Below, in pieces: positions 8,589 through 17,667 of a stretch of 64,000 bases of DNA. Source of the DNA: Candidatus Anderseniibacteriota bacterium (GTDB lineage Bacteria > Patescibacteriota > Andersenbacteria > UBA10190); NCBI GenBank assembly GCA_016197005.1, contig JACPWO010000001.1, positions 410,544 to 474,543 on the forward strand. The letters are read 5' to 3'. How positions within the stretch are numbered: the first letter of the stretch is position 1; every line of letters begins with the position of its first letter. The notes beneath the pieces were generated by a model. That model was not told the DNA's origin and searched no databases. It saw only the letters and a list, made by a program, of their open reading frames with translations. The position numbers and the translations under genes were made by a program.

Positions 8589-10139
8589 TTACAGTGTGAC
8601 CTGTCCGCGCAGGGCTGGTCCAGCGGTAGCTGGCTCAATCGTAGCCCAAAAATTCAGGCCTGAAGCAGTGCTCGTAGGCAATATACTCTGCAAGACAGGA
8701 TTATTTGTCGTACTAAAAAGAGTTGGAGAAACTTGAGCGGCCACAGAGGCACCCGGAATTAGATTCTTCCACGCTGGGCTAGTAATAAATGGCTCAATTT
8801 GGCTCCTTGCAGCTTCTATTATCGAGAATATACTTTCCCGAGAAGTAGTTATCACCAAGGCATCATCAATGAGCGCATAATCGATGGCGACTTGGGACAA
8901 ACGATCAATATTCACATACCGAAGCGGCACCTCAAGGTAAGCACCATCAGAGAAAGTCAGCGCACTAGCCGGAGCTGTAAGGCCACTCATTGTAAGAAGA
9001 GTAGTGGTCGCTTCTTCTAAAACTGGGTCTCCCATTTGTAGAGGCGTAGAAAGAGTTGGTGGAACTTTTATTACTAAGCCGTAGTCAGCCAGGCTATCTG
9101 CTCCGACCCCCTCATAATAGACAAACGGCCCTGTAAGCTCACTTATAAGCTGCTGCTCAGCCGGATTTGTTGCTCGGTCGTGATACTGACTAAAGTTAGA
9201 TCCGATTACTACTTTCGAAGCATCGGGTGGGATATAAGCAAGGAGATCCGAAGCAACATCTTGGGAGGGTAATCCTGCTGGAGCTTGAAAGGCATTTCCA
9301 GAAAAACTAGCGATTGCTCCAGTGGAATCAAAAGAAATACCTAGTATTAAATCCTTACTCGTAACTGCTTGCGCTGCTTCTTCTGATAACTGTCCGGCAT
9401 ACAATTGATCAATCGTCAGTGTAAGGGGTTGAGCAGAAGCCGTCAGTATGTCTGGCCCACTTGAGGCTAGTTGCTGCTCTAAAAGATCAGTGCTAAATGA
9501 ATGCATAATTTTCCATCCGCCAATATCTTTTACCTGTACGTTGCTACGTTGAGCAACTAGCTGGTTCACTTCTTCATTTGCAGGCACCAGTAAGTAGAGG
9601 CGGGGATCGTTTGCTAAAAGTACATAGGCAAACTCTTGGACAGTCGTTTCTTCAAGCAACAACGTTGGATTACCAGCCAGTAACCCTCGCATACTCGGCG
9701 GTTCAATAACGCGGGCTTTCCAAACAGTAAGCATTTGTTGTCGCTCAGTCTCGTTCGCAAATTTATAGTGAGCAACTAATAAACGGCTAGCTGGGATTAC
9801 CTGATCCAGCGTATTCGCAACGGGTGTTGGCGTGGGCTGATTAGTAATAGTTAGATTCTGGGTCAAAAAGTACCAAGCTCCGGCGCCTCCAACTGCTACT
9901 AGAAGCAAAATAACCACGAGAAATGCTATGAGCTTGCCTCCACCCTTCTTTTGGGCAGGAATAGGGGCGCGTAGGGGCACAGCAGGAGAAACTGGTTCTT
10001 TCGTGGACTGAGCAGTAGGTGCAGGAGCAGTCGAAGATGTTTTTGGAGTTGGCGGTACCACCTGAGACTTAGTCGCAGTCAGATCGTCCCGCATTGTATA
10101 TATTTGCGGCGTAGGTTGTTGTGATTGCCCCTCCGGCAT
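8589..10139 (-). CDS. Hypothetical membrane-anchored protein (Pro/Thr-rich cytoplasmic N-terminus, one TM, large extracytoplasmic domain)
   Basis: 516 aa. PT-rich leader, TM helix LIAFLVVILLLVAVGGAGAWYF, and the same overall architecture as the preceding gene, 2 bp downstream of it. Confidence 0.55.
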   Translation of the reverse strand: MPEGQSQQPTPQIYTMRDDLTATKSQVVPPTPKTSSTAPAPTAQSTKEPVSPAVPLRAPIPAQKKGGGKLIAFLVVILLLVAVGGAGAWYFLTQNLTITNQPTPTPVANTLDQVIPASRLLVAHYKFANETERQQMLTVWKARVIEPPSMRGLLAGNPTLLLEETTVQEFAYVLLANDPRLYLLVPANEEVNQLVAQRSNVQVKDIGGWKIMHSFSTDLLEQQLASSGPDILTASAQPLTLTIDQLYAGQLSEEAAQAVTSKDLILGISFDSTGAIASFSGNAFQAPAGLPSQDVASDLLAYIPPDASKVVIGSNFSQYHDRATNPAEQQLISELTGPFVYYEGVGADSLADYGLVIKVPPTLSTPLQMGDPVLEEATTTLLTMSGLTAPASALTFSDGAYLEVPLRYVNIDRLSQVAIDYALIDDALVITTSRESIFSIIEAARSQIEPFITSPAWKNLIPGASVAAQVSPTLFSTTNNPVLQSILPTSTASGLNFWATIEPATAGPALRGQVTL

Positions 10140-10215
10140 GAAGATAAGTATATCACTATGCGAATCTCATACGAAAAACACCCCTGATTGTGAGGGATGT
10201 TTTTTCTTGAATGTA

Positions 10216-12438
10216 TTAGCGAGGAGGTCGTGGACCACTAAACCGATCGGAGTTACCGCCCCGGAACGGTTTTCTATCTCCCCTGCCGCCTCCACTACCA
10301 CGGCGTTCTGTCTTGTAGTCCGCCGGATTAAAAGGTTTGTCGGACTTAGCCGCTTTGTGGGAGAGATTGATACGACCCATGGCATCAATTTCTACCACCA
10401 CAACCGGAATAATATCTCCGACCTTTGCTACCGTATCCACACTTTCGATACGCTCATCGGAGAATTGCGAGATGTGCACCATACCCTCAACTCCTGGTAC
10501 GAGCTCAACGAAGGCACCGAAGTTCATGATTCGGGTCACCTTACCGTCAAAGCGCTCACCAGCAACAATTTCTCGAGTCATATTCTTAACCCAATCAATT
10601 GCTTTCTCCATAGCCAACTTATCGTTCGTAGTGATAGATACCAGGCCGTCGTCATCAATATCAATTTCGACACCAGTCTCTTCAATAATGGCGTTGATGT
10701 GTTTGCCCTTAGGACCAATCAGGTCGCCAATCTTTTCAACTGGGACACGGAGTGTATGAATACGAGGAGCATATGGAGACATTTCTTTATTCGGCTCCGC
10801 AATCGCAGCATTCATTGTTTCCATAATATGCAGCCGACCAGCCTTTGCTTGATCGAGCGCCGCGCTTAAGATTTCGCGGGATAATCCGCCAATCTTAATA
10901 TCCATCTGTATCGCAGTAATACCGTCTTTAGTGCCAGCTACTTTGAAGTCCATATCTCCTTTTTCGTCTTCCATACCGGCAATATCCGTCAGAACTTTGA
11001 ACTTCCCTTTACCATCAGTCATAAGACCCATCGCAACACCAGCACAGGCTTTCTTCAGAGGAACGCCAGCTTGCATCAAGGCCATAGAAGACCCACAAAC
11101 CGATCCCATTGAGGAACTACCGTGAGACTCGAGCACTTCGGACACCAAGAGCATCATGTATGGCCACGCTTCTTTCTCTGGTAGCAGAGGCACTAGCGCG
11201 CGCTCCGCTAAGGCACCATGCCCTACCTCGCGTCGACCCGGGCCACGACTTGGCTTCACTTCACCGACTGAATAGGCAGGAAAATTGTAGTAATGCACGT
11301 AACGCTTCTTTTCTTCCATTTTCATCGTATCCACAATAAGCATGTCAGTTGGACCGCCCAGGGTAACTGTTGTCAGAATCTGGGTGTCACCACGTTGAAA
11401 TAAGGCAGAGCCATGGGTACGAGGCAAAACTCCGACTTCAACATGGAGCGGACGGACTTGATCCAGTTTGCGACCATCGCTTCGCACTTCTTCCTCAAGA
11501 ATTCGCTCTCGAGCAATGCGACCATGGAGTTCGTGAATAACTTCCCGAACGAAATGCTGACTCATCGTTTCTTTTTCTTCTTCCGAAAGTTGCTCTAATA
11601 CTTGGAGGTCGGTTTCTCGTTCAGCTGCCCCAATTGTTTCCTTGTCATGAGCCGCTCCTAACTTTTCGCGCAGGACTGGCTCCGCAAGTCCTTCTACTCG
11701 CTTGATTCCATCTTCATTCCGAGCTTGCAGAGTTGGTTCTTTCTTTGCTTTACCAGCTTCAGCCTGAAGGCGTGACAATAGAGCCACAATTTTACCCATT
11801 GCCTTCTGACCATATTCAATGGCATCAAGCATACCTTCTTCGGTAATTTCGTGAGCTCCTGCTTCTACCATCACCACATCCTTATCGTTACCGGCCAGGA
11901 TCAAGTCGAGCGTACTTTGTTTTTGCTCTTCGGTTGTTGGATTAATAACAAACTTGCCATCAACTTGCCCCACGCGAACGGCGGCTAGCTTACCACTCCA
12001 AGGGATATCTGAAATGGTGAGCGCACCGAAAGCCGCTACCATTGCTGGAATAGCTGGATCATTTTCTCCGTCGTAGGATAGTACGGTTAACACCACCTGA
12101 ACGTCATCAAGCATGCCATCTGGAAAAAGTGGCCGAATGGAGCGATCAATGAGACGAGAAGTTAAAATAGCATCGTCATGAGGACGACCTTCACGTTTTA
12201 CGAAACGGCTGCCTTTAATTTTGCCGGCCGCATAGAACTTTTCTTCGTAATCTACAAGCAGCGGCATGAAGCCCCCTTCATTATTAGGCGCTTTTCGCAT
12301 GGTAGCGGTGCCTAAGACTACCGTTTCGCCGTACTTAACTACGACCGATCCATTCGCTTGCTTCGCGAGTACGCCAGTTTCTAAACACAACTCTTGACCG
12401 CCAATGCGATCAACGCACGTTTTTAAATCATTTTTCAT
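10216..12438 (-). CDS. pnp: Polynucleotide phosphorylase (PNPase) with RGG-rich C-terminal tail
   Basis: 740 aa. Two RNase PH domains, KH and S1 (GKVTRIMNFGAFVEL), then an RRGSGGGRGDRKPFRGGNSDRF tail. Confidence 0.95.
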   Translation of the reverse strand: MKNDLKTCVDRIGGQELCLETGVLAKQANGSVVVKYGETVVLGTATMRKAPNNEGGFMPLLVDYEEKFYAAGKIKGSRFVKREGRPHDDAILTSRLIDRSIRPLFPDGMLDDVQVVLTVLSYDGENDPAIPAMVAAFGALTISDIPWSGKLAAVRVGQVDGKFVINPTTEEQKQSTLDLILAGNDKDVVMVEAGAHEITEEGMLDAIEYGQKAMGKIVALLSRLQAEAGKAKKEPTLQARNEDGIKRVEGLAEPVLREKLGAAHDKETIGAAERETDLQVLEQLSEEEKETMSQHFVREVIHELHGRIARERILEEEVRSDGRKLDQVRPLHVEVGVLPRTHGSALFQRGDTQILTTVTLGGPTDMLIVDTMKMEEKKRYVHYYNFPAYSVGEVKPSRGPGRREVGHGALAERALVPLLPEKEAWPYMMLLVSEVLESHGSSSMGSVCGSSMALMQAGVPLKKACAGVAMGLMTDGKGKFKVLTDIAGMEDEKGDMDFKVAGTKDGITAIQMDIKIGGLSREILSAALDQAKAGRLHIMETMNAAIAEPNKEMSPYAPRIHTLRVPVEKIGDLIGPKGKHINAIIEETGVEIDIDDDGLVSITTNDKLAMEKAIDWVKNMTREIVAGERFDGKVTRIMNFGAFVELVPGVEGMVHISQFSDERIESVDTVAKVGDIIPVVVVEIDAMGRINLSHKAAKSDKPFNPADYKTERRGSGGGRGDRKPFRGGNSDRFSGPRPPR

Positions 12439-12603
12439 AAGTGACTGCCCGCTAACAGAAAAAGGCAGGTAATCTTACGGAAACGAAAGCACAGGGTATT
12501 GTGCGCTCATTTCCAAAGACAACCTTACGCCTTATGGCTTCTGAAAACAGGAAATTAAGAGTGAACAGGTAGTGCCGTTATAAACCGCACCACCTGACAC
12601 GCT

Positions 12604-13149
12604 TTAACGGATTTTTGCTACCCGACGACGGAGACGACCCGCATTAGGCATTAAAAAGCGTTTTTTATCCGAAGACAAGTCAATAAAACTATCTACTGCT
12701 TCAACGAGAAGTTTACTGGTACTTTCGCGAAACGCCAGTACTTCCACCCGTAGGCCATGCTCACGAGCAAATTGCACCAGTGGAACAAAGTCACCATCGC
12801 CGGATACCAACACAGCTGCATCTATTTTTGGCTGCAGGCGCAGCACATCCATAGCGATACCCACATCCCAGTCACCTTTCTTCTGACCACCTATAAATGT
12901 CTGTAGGGGCTTCGTCTTTACTTCAAATCCTTGGGTACCTAAAGCGGTATGAAATTCTTCTTCGTGTGCCTCTTCGGTAGTGATGCCATACGCAAAAGCT
13001 CGCACTAACTGACGGCCAGCTACCGCCGCTTCGAGAACGTTTTTAAAGTTAACTTTTTGATCATAGAGGGCTCGGCCAGAGTAGTACATGTTCTGGATAT
13101 CGACGAATACGCCCACACGTTGCTGGGGAAACTGTCCTGGTGTTCCCAT
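12604..13149 (-). CDS. NYN-domain (LabA-like) predicted RNase
   Basis: 181 aa with a VGVFVDIQNMYYS start and LVSGDGDFVPLV, the NYN/LabA acidic motifs. It lies between rpsO and pnp. Confidence 0.7.
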   Translation of the reverse strand: MGTPGQFPQQRVGVFVDIQNMYYSGRALYDQKVNFKNVLEAAVAGRQLVRAFAYGITTEEAHEEEFHTALGTQGFEVKTKPLQTFIGGQKKGDWDVGIAMDVLRLQPKIDAAVLVSGDGDFVPLVQFAREHGLRVEVLAFRESTSKLLVEAVDSFIDLSSDKKRFLMPNAGRLRRRVAKIR

Positions 13150-13158
13150 GAATCTGCC

Positions 13159-13434
13159 TTAGGCGGCTGTTTTGAGGCCTAATTTCTTGGCAAGCGATTT
13201 GTAGCGCTTTTCGTCTTGGCGACGCAAGTATGCCATGAGGCGGCGGCGTTTGCTGACCATCCCAAGAAGACCACGACGGCTGTGGGTGTCTTTCTTGTTC
13301 TTTTTAAGATGCTTACTAAGTTCTTCGATTTTTTCCGTAAACAGAGCAACCTGCACTTCGGGCGAGCCGGTATCGCTGGTATGAATCTTGTATTTCTTGA
13401 TGATCTTATCTTTGCGCTCTTCTACTTTGGACAT
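13159..13434 (-). CDS. rpsO: 30S ribosomal protein S15
   Basis: Start at the internal ATG ([36 protein letters not shown]...[16 protein letters not shown]...), about 91 aa, the typical S15 length. Confidence 0.9.
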   Translation of the reverse strand: MSKVEERKDKIIKKYKIHTSDTGSPEVQVALFTEKIEELSKHLKKNKKDTHSRRGLLGMVSKRRRLMAYLRRQDEKRYKSLAKKLGLKTAA

Positions 13435-13514
13435 AAAAAAAGTATACACGAAAACATTAAATGAGAGTACGCCCCACGGTAGCTGTTTATGTCTTAAAAT
13501 GCAAGACCCTAGAC

Positions 13515-14978
13515 CTAAGGGAGCTTTTCCTGCCAAATCTTATAAATGAATACTCGCTTTTCCCCGTAAATACTTTCAAACACATGTACGCGCTCAAAGG
13601 CATCAGGATAGATATCCATACTGTCCCAGGGAGCCGGATCTGAGTCGCTCAGAAGATATTTAATTTTTTCTTTTCGCATCCAAGAAAGCTCCTGCCGGAC
13701 AATATCGTCATCGGGGTTAATAGAAAGTACGAAGAGGCGATCGGCTGGGATATAAATAGAGACAGGACTTGAAAGCTGCGAATCTCGTAGCCCTACCCGT
13801 CCATGATCATTCCGTAAATATCGAGCCGCATCAATTAAGACTGCTGATTCGTGAGCGTCAGCATTATATTTCTCTACTCGCAACGCCAGATTAGTATGTC
13901 CTTCGATCAGGAAAAGTGCAGAAGCCCCCACTACAACCAGCACTGCAGCTGAGGAACGATATATTGCATATTTCTTACCCTGAACTGCTTGCAGAATGAA
14001 CACGAGAGCCAATGACATAAACGGTAGAAGCGGCAGAAAGTACCTACTCTTAGGGAGAACGAGAGTGATAAGGATTGCCTGTAACAGTGGTACCAGGAGC
14101 ACGGGCAAGGCCTGCCACTTCTGAACGCGAATCCACCACACTATTCCTGCTCCCAATAAGATCAGTGAGATAGTGGTGTTTGCTCGCATTGTCCAGGCGT
14201 CGTTCATAAAGCGAATAGCACGAGCAAGATTTAGGCGGAGAGTGTCTTTCGAAAGAGCCAACGCCAGTCCCTCATCCCCCGCAATATCGGCCGGCGTGCG
14301 AATGCCCGACACCCCTGACCAGAAAAATGAAACAAGCGGTAGAGCAACAATAGCAACCGCTATAAGTGCTGAAGCAATAATGCGCTTCGGTTGCCGGCGA
14401 TACTGCCACCAGGCGACTGGTAAAAGCACAGCCGCTACCAGAATTCCTTCATACCGCGTCAAGGTCGTAAGTGCGACAATAACAGAAAGGACCATAAGCC
14501 AGCGCGGCGAAGATAGCGACTTTAGGTACGCTAATACTGAAGCAACAATACCGGCGGTAAAGAGTGTATTGGCGAGCGCATTGGGAGACTCCCAAATAAA
14601 TTCTGGATTTACAGCTAAAAGGAGTCCGCTGCCGACTGCCAGTGGCCAGGATATGCCAAGTCGTCGCGCCAGAAAAGGCAGCATCGCAACCGTAGCGGCT
14701 GCAGCGAGTACCCCCACCCACCGTGACCACAATAGGGGGTCACTTGTAAAAAGACCCGGGGTGAGCAAAAGCGAAAAGATTGGACCTTTCCGCGGATCGG
14801 CAGCAAATGGATCATCCCCTTGCACCAGGGCTTGAGATTTCGCTAAGTAATTAAAGGCATCTCCTCCAACGACCCCCTCAATATCTCGGGTATAGGGAAT
14901 ACGGATGGCAATACTAAAAACCACGAGCAGAAGAATGGGTAGCAAGGTTTGGAGATATTTTTTTTTCTTCTTTTCCAT
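13515..14978 (-). CDS. GT-C fold membrane glycosyltransferase (GT39/ArnT-like)
   Basis: Start at [13 protein letters not shown]. At least ten TM segments, an N-terminal DxD-like region (GGDAFNY) and a periplasmic-loop architecture like PMT/ArnT. Confidence 0.6.
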   Translation of the reverse strand: MEKKKKKYLQTLLPILLLVVFSIAIRIPYTRDIEGVVGGDAFNYLAKSQALVQGDDPFAADPRKGPIFSLLLTPGLFTSDPLLWSRWVGVLAAAATVAMLPFLARRLGISWPLAVGSGLLLAVNPEFIWESPNALANTLFTAGIVASVLAYLKSLSSPRWLMVLSVIVALTTLTRYEGILVAAVLLPVAWWQYRRQPKRIIASALIAVAIVALPLVSFFWSGVSGIRTPADIAGDEGLALALSKDTLRLNLARAIRFMNDAWTMRANTTISLILLGAGIVWWIRVQKWQALPVLLVPLLQAILITLVLPKSRYFLPLLPFMSLALVFILQAVQGKKYAIYRSSAAVLVVVGASALFLIEGHTNLALRVEKYNADAHESAVLIDAARYLRNDHGRVGLRDSQLSSPVSIYIPADRLFVLSINPDDDIVRQELSWMRKEKIKYLLSDSDPAPWDSMDIYPDAFERVHVFESIYGEKRVFIYKIWQEKLP

Positions 14979-15015
14979 AGCTGGATGGTAACACATAAGA
15001 AAAAACGCCTCGGGG

Positions 15016-15654
15016 TTACCGAAGCGTGTGATGTGACCGCCAAACAATGGCTACTCCTCGCCATATCATCGTGCCGCCAATAATGGTGGCTACTGCAGTG
15101 TCGAGCCACACTAAGCGAGTAACTGCAATAAATGCTCCCGCGACAGTTACTGCGACCGATGACATGAAATCCCAAAATTCATGCTCTCTCACATCCCCCA
15201 CAAGATGGACATGACTATGCGGAGTCAGGCTCCAGATATTCCACGCGTTTACGATCAGTCCAGCCATTGCGAACCCAAGCATCCACCATCCCTTAACCTC
15301 GTGGCGAGGCCCGAACGTAGATAGCGCATAGGTAAGCACCCCAATTCCCGACAGGAAGATTAGGCCGCCAACAATCTTGCTGCCTCCAGATTCAATATCC
15401 ACTTGCTCGTCGCGCGTAGAAGCTTGCTGACTTCCCCTCATCTTCCGCCAGCCAACAGCACTAGCCAACATGTCGACAGCGAGGTGACCGCTATCCCCTA
15501 AGAGCGCAGCACTTCCTGACAGAAAGAATCCAAGGATTTGAACTATGAGGATGCTGAGCTTTGTCAGAAATGTTAAGCGAAGCACCTTTATTTCAGCACC
15601 TCGATCATGGACGCAGCTTTGGCCGCATCCATCGTCTTCATGATGATGTGACAC
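15016..15654 (-). CDS. Cation diffusion facilitator (CDF) family transporter, short form lacking the usual C-terminal domain
   Basis: 212 aa. His-rich N-terminus (MSHHHEDDGCG), a TM2 metal site SGSAALLGDSGHLAVDMLASAVG, and a second H-x3-D site HLVGD. Confidence 0.6.
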   Translation of the reverse strand: MSHHHEDDGCGQSCVHDRGAEIKVLRLTFLTKLSILIVQILGFFLSGSAALLGDSGHLAVDMLASAVGWRKMRGSQQASTRDEQVDIESGGSKIVGGLIFLSGIGVLTYALSTFGPRHEVKGWWMLGFAMAGLIVNAWNIWSLTPHSHVHLVGDVREHEFWDFMSSVAVTVAGAFIAVTRLVWLDTAVATIIGGTMIWRGVAIVWRSHHTLR

Positions 15655-15716
15655 GGAGGCATCTCCGGTTAGAGAAAAGAGCTAAGGAACAACCTTAGGT
15701 ATAGTATACTTTTCAC

Positions 15717-16622
15717 ATGTCGCACAATATTAAATCCCTTCACTCTGACTTTATCGAGGAACTAGAGATTGGTTTAGGGCGTAGCCCTAAGACAGTTGAG
15801 AACTATGATAGATACTTACGAGCATTTTTTGAGCACGGGAAAATTGCGGAACTAGCAGATATAACCCAAGAGAGCGTCCGTAGCTTTCGGCGACATATTA
15901 GTCAAAATGGAGCGGCGCTGCCTACTCAGAACTATTACCTTATCGCCATCCGACAATTCTTAAAATATTTAATAAAACGGGATATTGAAGTGTTGTCTCC
16001 AGAAAAGATTCAACTGGCAAAATTACCTGACCGAGATATCGATGTGCTCTACCCTGAAGAAGTCGATATGCTTCTCGGGGCTGTAATCCCTGACATTTCT
16101 CGTCTCCAAGCCCTTCGAGACAAAACTCTATTTAACGTTTTGTTTTCTACCGGTATGCGTATTTCTGAGGCAATACGACTCAATCGCGATGACGTCCGCC
16201 CCCACAGCAATGAAATGACCGTGCGCGGTAAAGGCAACAAAGTACGAGTAGTGTTTTTATCCGAAGAAGCGCTCGGGCAAGTCCATGAGTACCTCGAGCG
16301 ACGCACGGACACGGACCCGGCTTTATTTGTTCGTCACCGCAAAAATGTCGGCAATGAAGATGATTTGCGTATTACTCCCCGCACGGTCCAGCGTCTCATT
16401 AAGCGTTACGCAGCCGCAGCCGGCATCACAAAAGATATTACGCCACATACCCTGAGGCATTCATTTGCCACTGATTTACTTTCTAACGGCGCAGACGTCC
16501 GCCAAGTACAGCAGCTTTTAGGCCACTCTTCTATTACTACCACTCAGGTGTATACCCACTTTACTGATGTTCAACTACGCGGCGTTCACGAACGCTTCCA
16601 CCACAAGAAAAAATCTACGTAA
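15717..16622 (+). CDS. xerC: Tyrosine site-specific recombinase XerC/XerD family
   Basis: 301 aa. It has an N-terminal SAM-like domain, and the catalytic residues R...HTLRHSFATDLL...LLGHSSITTTQVYTH are present. Confidence 0.85.
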   Translation: MSHNIKSLHSDFIEELEIGLGRSPKTVENYDRYLRAFFEHGKIAELADITQESVRSFRRHISQNGAALPTQNYYLIAIRQFLKYLIKRDIEVLSPEKIQLAKLPDRDIDVLYPEEVDMLLGAVIPDISRLQALRDKTLFNVLFSTGMRISEAIRLNRDDVRPHSNEMTVRGKGNKVRVVFLSEEALGQVHEYLERRTDTDPALFVRHRKNVGNEDDLRITPRTVQRLIKRYAAAAGITKDITPHTLRHSFATDLLSNGADVRQVQQLLGHSSITTTQVYTHFTDVQLRGVHERFHHKKKST

Positions 16623-17667
16623 TAAGTTCCATGCCACAAGGAAGATCACCACTGCGCTCGAGGCTTAGTAACGTCTCCCCAATGTTTGTCCAACGCACGA
16701 CACTGGCTGGCCCAGAAAATCCTCCCATGCCGCCTCGTACCAAGGCAGGCAGTCCTTCGGCTGCTTCAATTAAGCCGTAGCGCGCTAAGACGTCACGAAT
16801 AAGGAGCTGCTCCATTACAACGGGCAAGGCAGATTCGTGATAGAGGTCAAGTAGTGTTTGTGGCCCATCTTCTCCCGACAATAATCCTGACTGCTCCCAT
16901 AATCCCTGGTATCCATCGAGCAGCGCAAAACTAATATCCGTTGTTGTTTGTACTTGCCCCGCTCTGGTGCCACGAGCCAGATCCCAAATTAACGGCAGGT
17001 ATTCTTGGACAACATCGAGATACTGAGACCAAGCGGAGGCAAATCCACCCCAGCGAACATGGTAGACATCAGCATGCCACAATACATAAAAACGTTGTGG
17101 GTACGGTAGATCATCAAAGCGTTCGTGACGAGATTTTACGACGGTCAATTTTCCTTGGTATACCCGAGTAAGTTTTAGGGTATTCAAAACGAGTCGCAGC
17201 CGTGATAGACGCGGACAACCCCATTCGTGTTCAGGGGTTTCAATAAAATATCCCCGCAGTGATGGTAGCGCAGCGGTGAGACGTGGCAATTCATGAGCCG
17301 CAAAGATTGTTTCCCCTTCCTGCTTTACTAAATCCGCCGGGTGAGCGGCTAGTTCGTCCAGTAGCCCAAGGGCATCACGTAGAGCTGGAGCATCGAGCAC
17401 TTCTTGACTGGTCAGAGGTATCTCTAGTGGATACGAGGCGTGTTCGTGCTGAGAATGCCATGTCTGTGTTATTACTTTTCGCCACTTTTCCTGCAAAATG
17501 CCAGAAATCTGAAATTCATCAGCAAATACTTGGCAGACCGTCTCTGGATCTGGGGCTTTTGCAATAATTTTCACCATGCGGTCGTAAAATTTCTGGCTTG
17601 GAATGCCAGAAAGCTCGAGAAGAGCTTTGATAGCGTACTGATCAGTAGTGGTCGAAGAAGAACTCAT
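16615..17667 (-). CDS. Hypothetical protein
   Basis: 350 aa, no TM and no recognisable motif; locally higher GC. Confidence 0.5.
   Translation of the reverse strand: MSSSSTTTDQYAIKALLELSGIPSQKFYDRMVKIIAKAPDPETVCQVFADEFQISGILQEKWRKVITQTWHSQHEHASYPLEIPLTSQEVLDAPALRDALGLLDELAAHPADLVKQEGETIFAAHELPRLTAALPSLRGYFIETPEHEWGCPRLSRLRLVLNTLKLTRVYQGKLTVVKSRHERFDDLPYPQRFYVLWHADVYHVRWGGFASAWSQYLDVVQEYLPLIWDLARGTRAGQVQTTTDISFALLDGYQGLWEQSGLLSGEDGPQTLLDLYHESALPVVMEQLLIRDVLARYGLIEAAEGLPALVRGGMGGFSGPASVVRWTNIGETLLSLERSGDLPCGMELIT

Noticed and set aside
10138-10869. 243-aa plus-strand ORF, and similar 60-164-aa ORFs at 10337-10759, 14173-14835, 19060-19554, 21718-22396, 22690-23547, 25554-26707, 37337-39364 and elsewhere
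   Set aside because: They lie antisense to, or fully embedded in, long well-supported genes (pnp, the GT39-like gene, clpC, the lipoprotein gene, the 464-aa membrane protein gene, the SPFH gene, the P-type ATPase gene). Their amino-acid composition is low-complexity (Ser/Arg/Pro-rich), as expected of out-of-frame translation.
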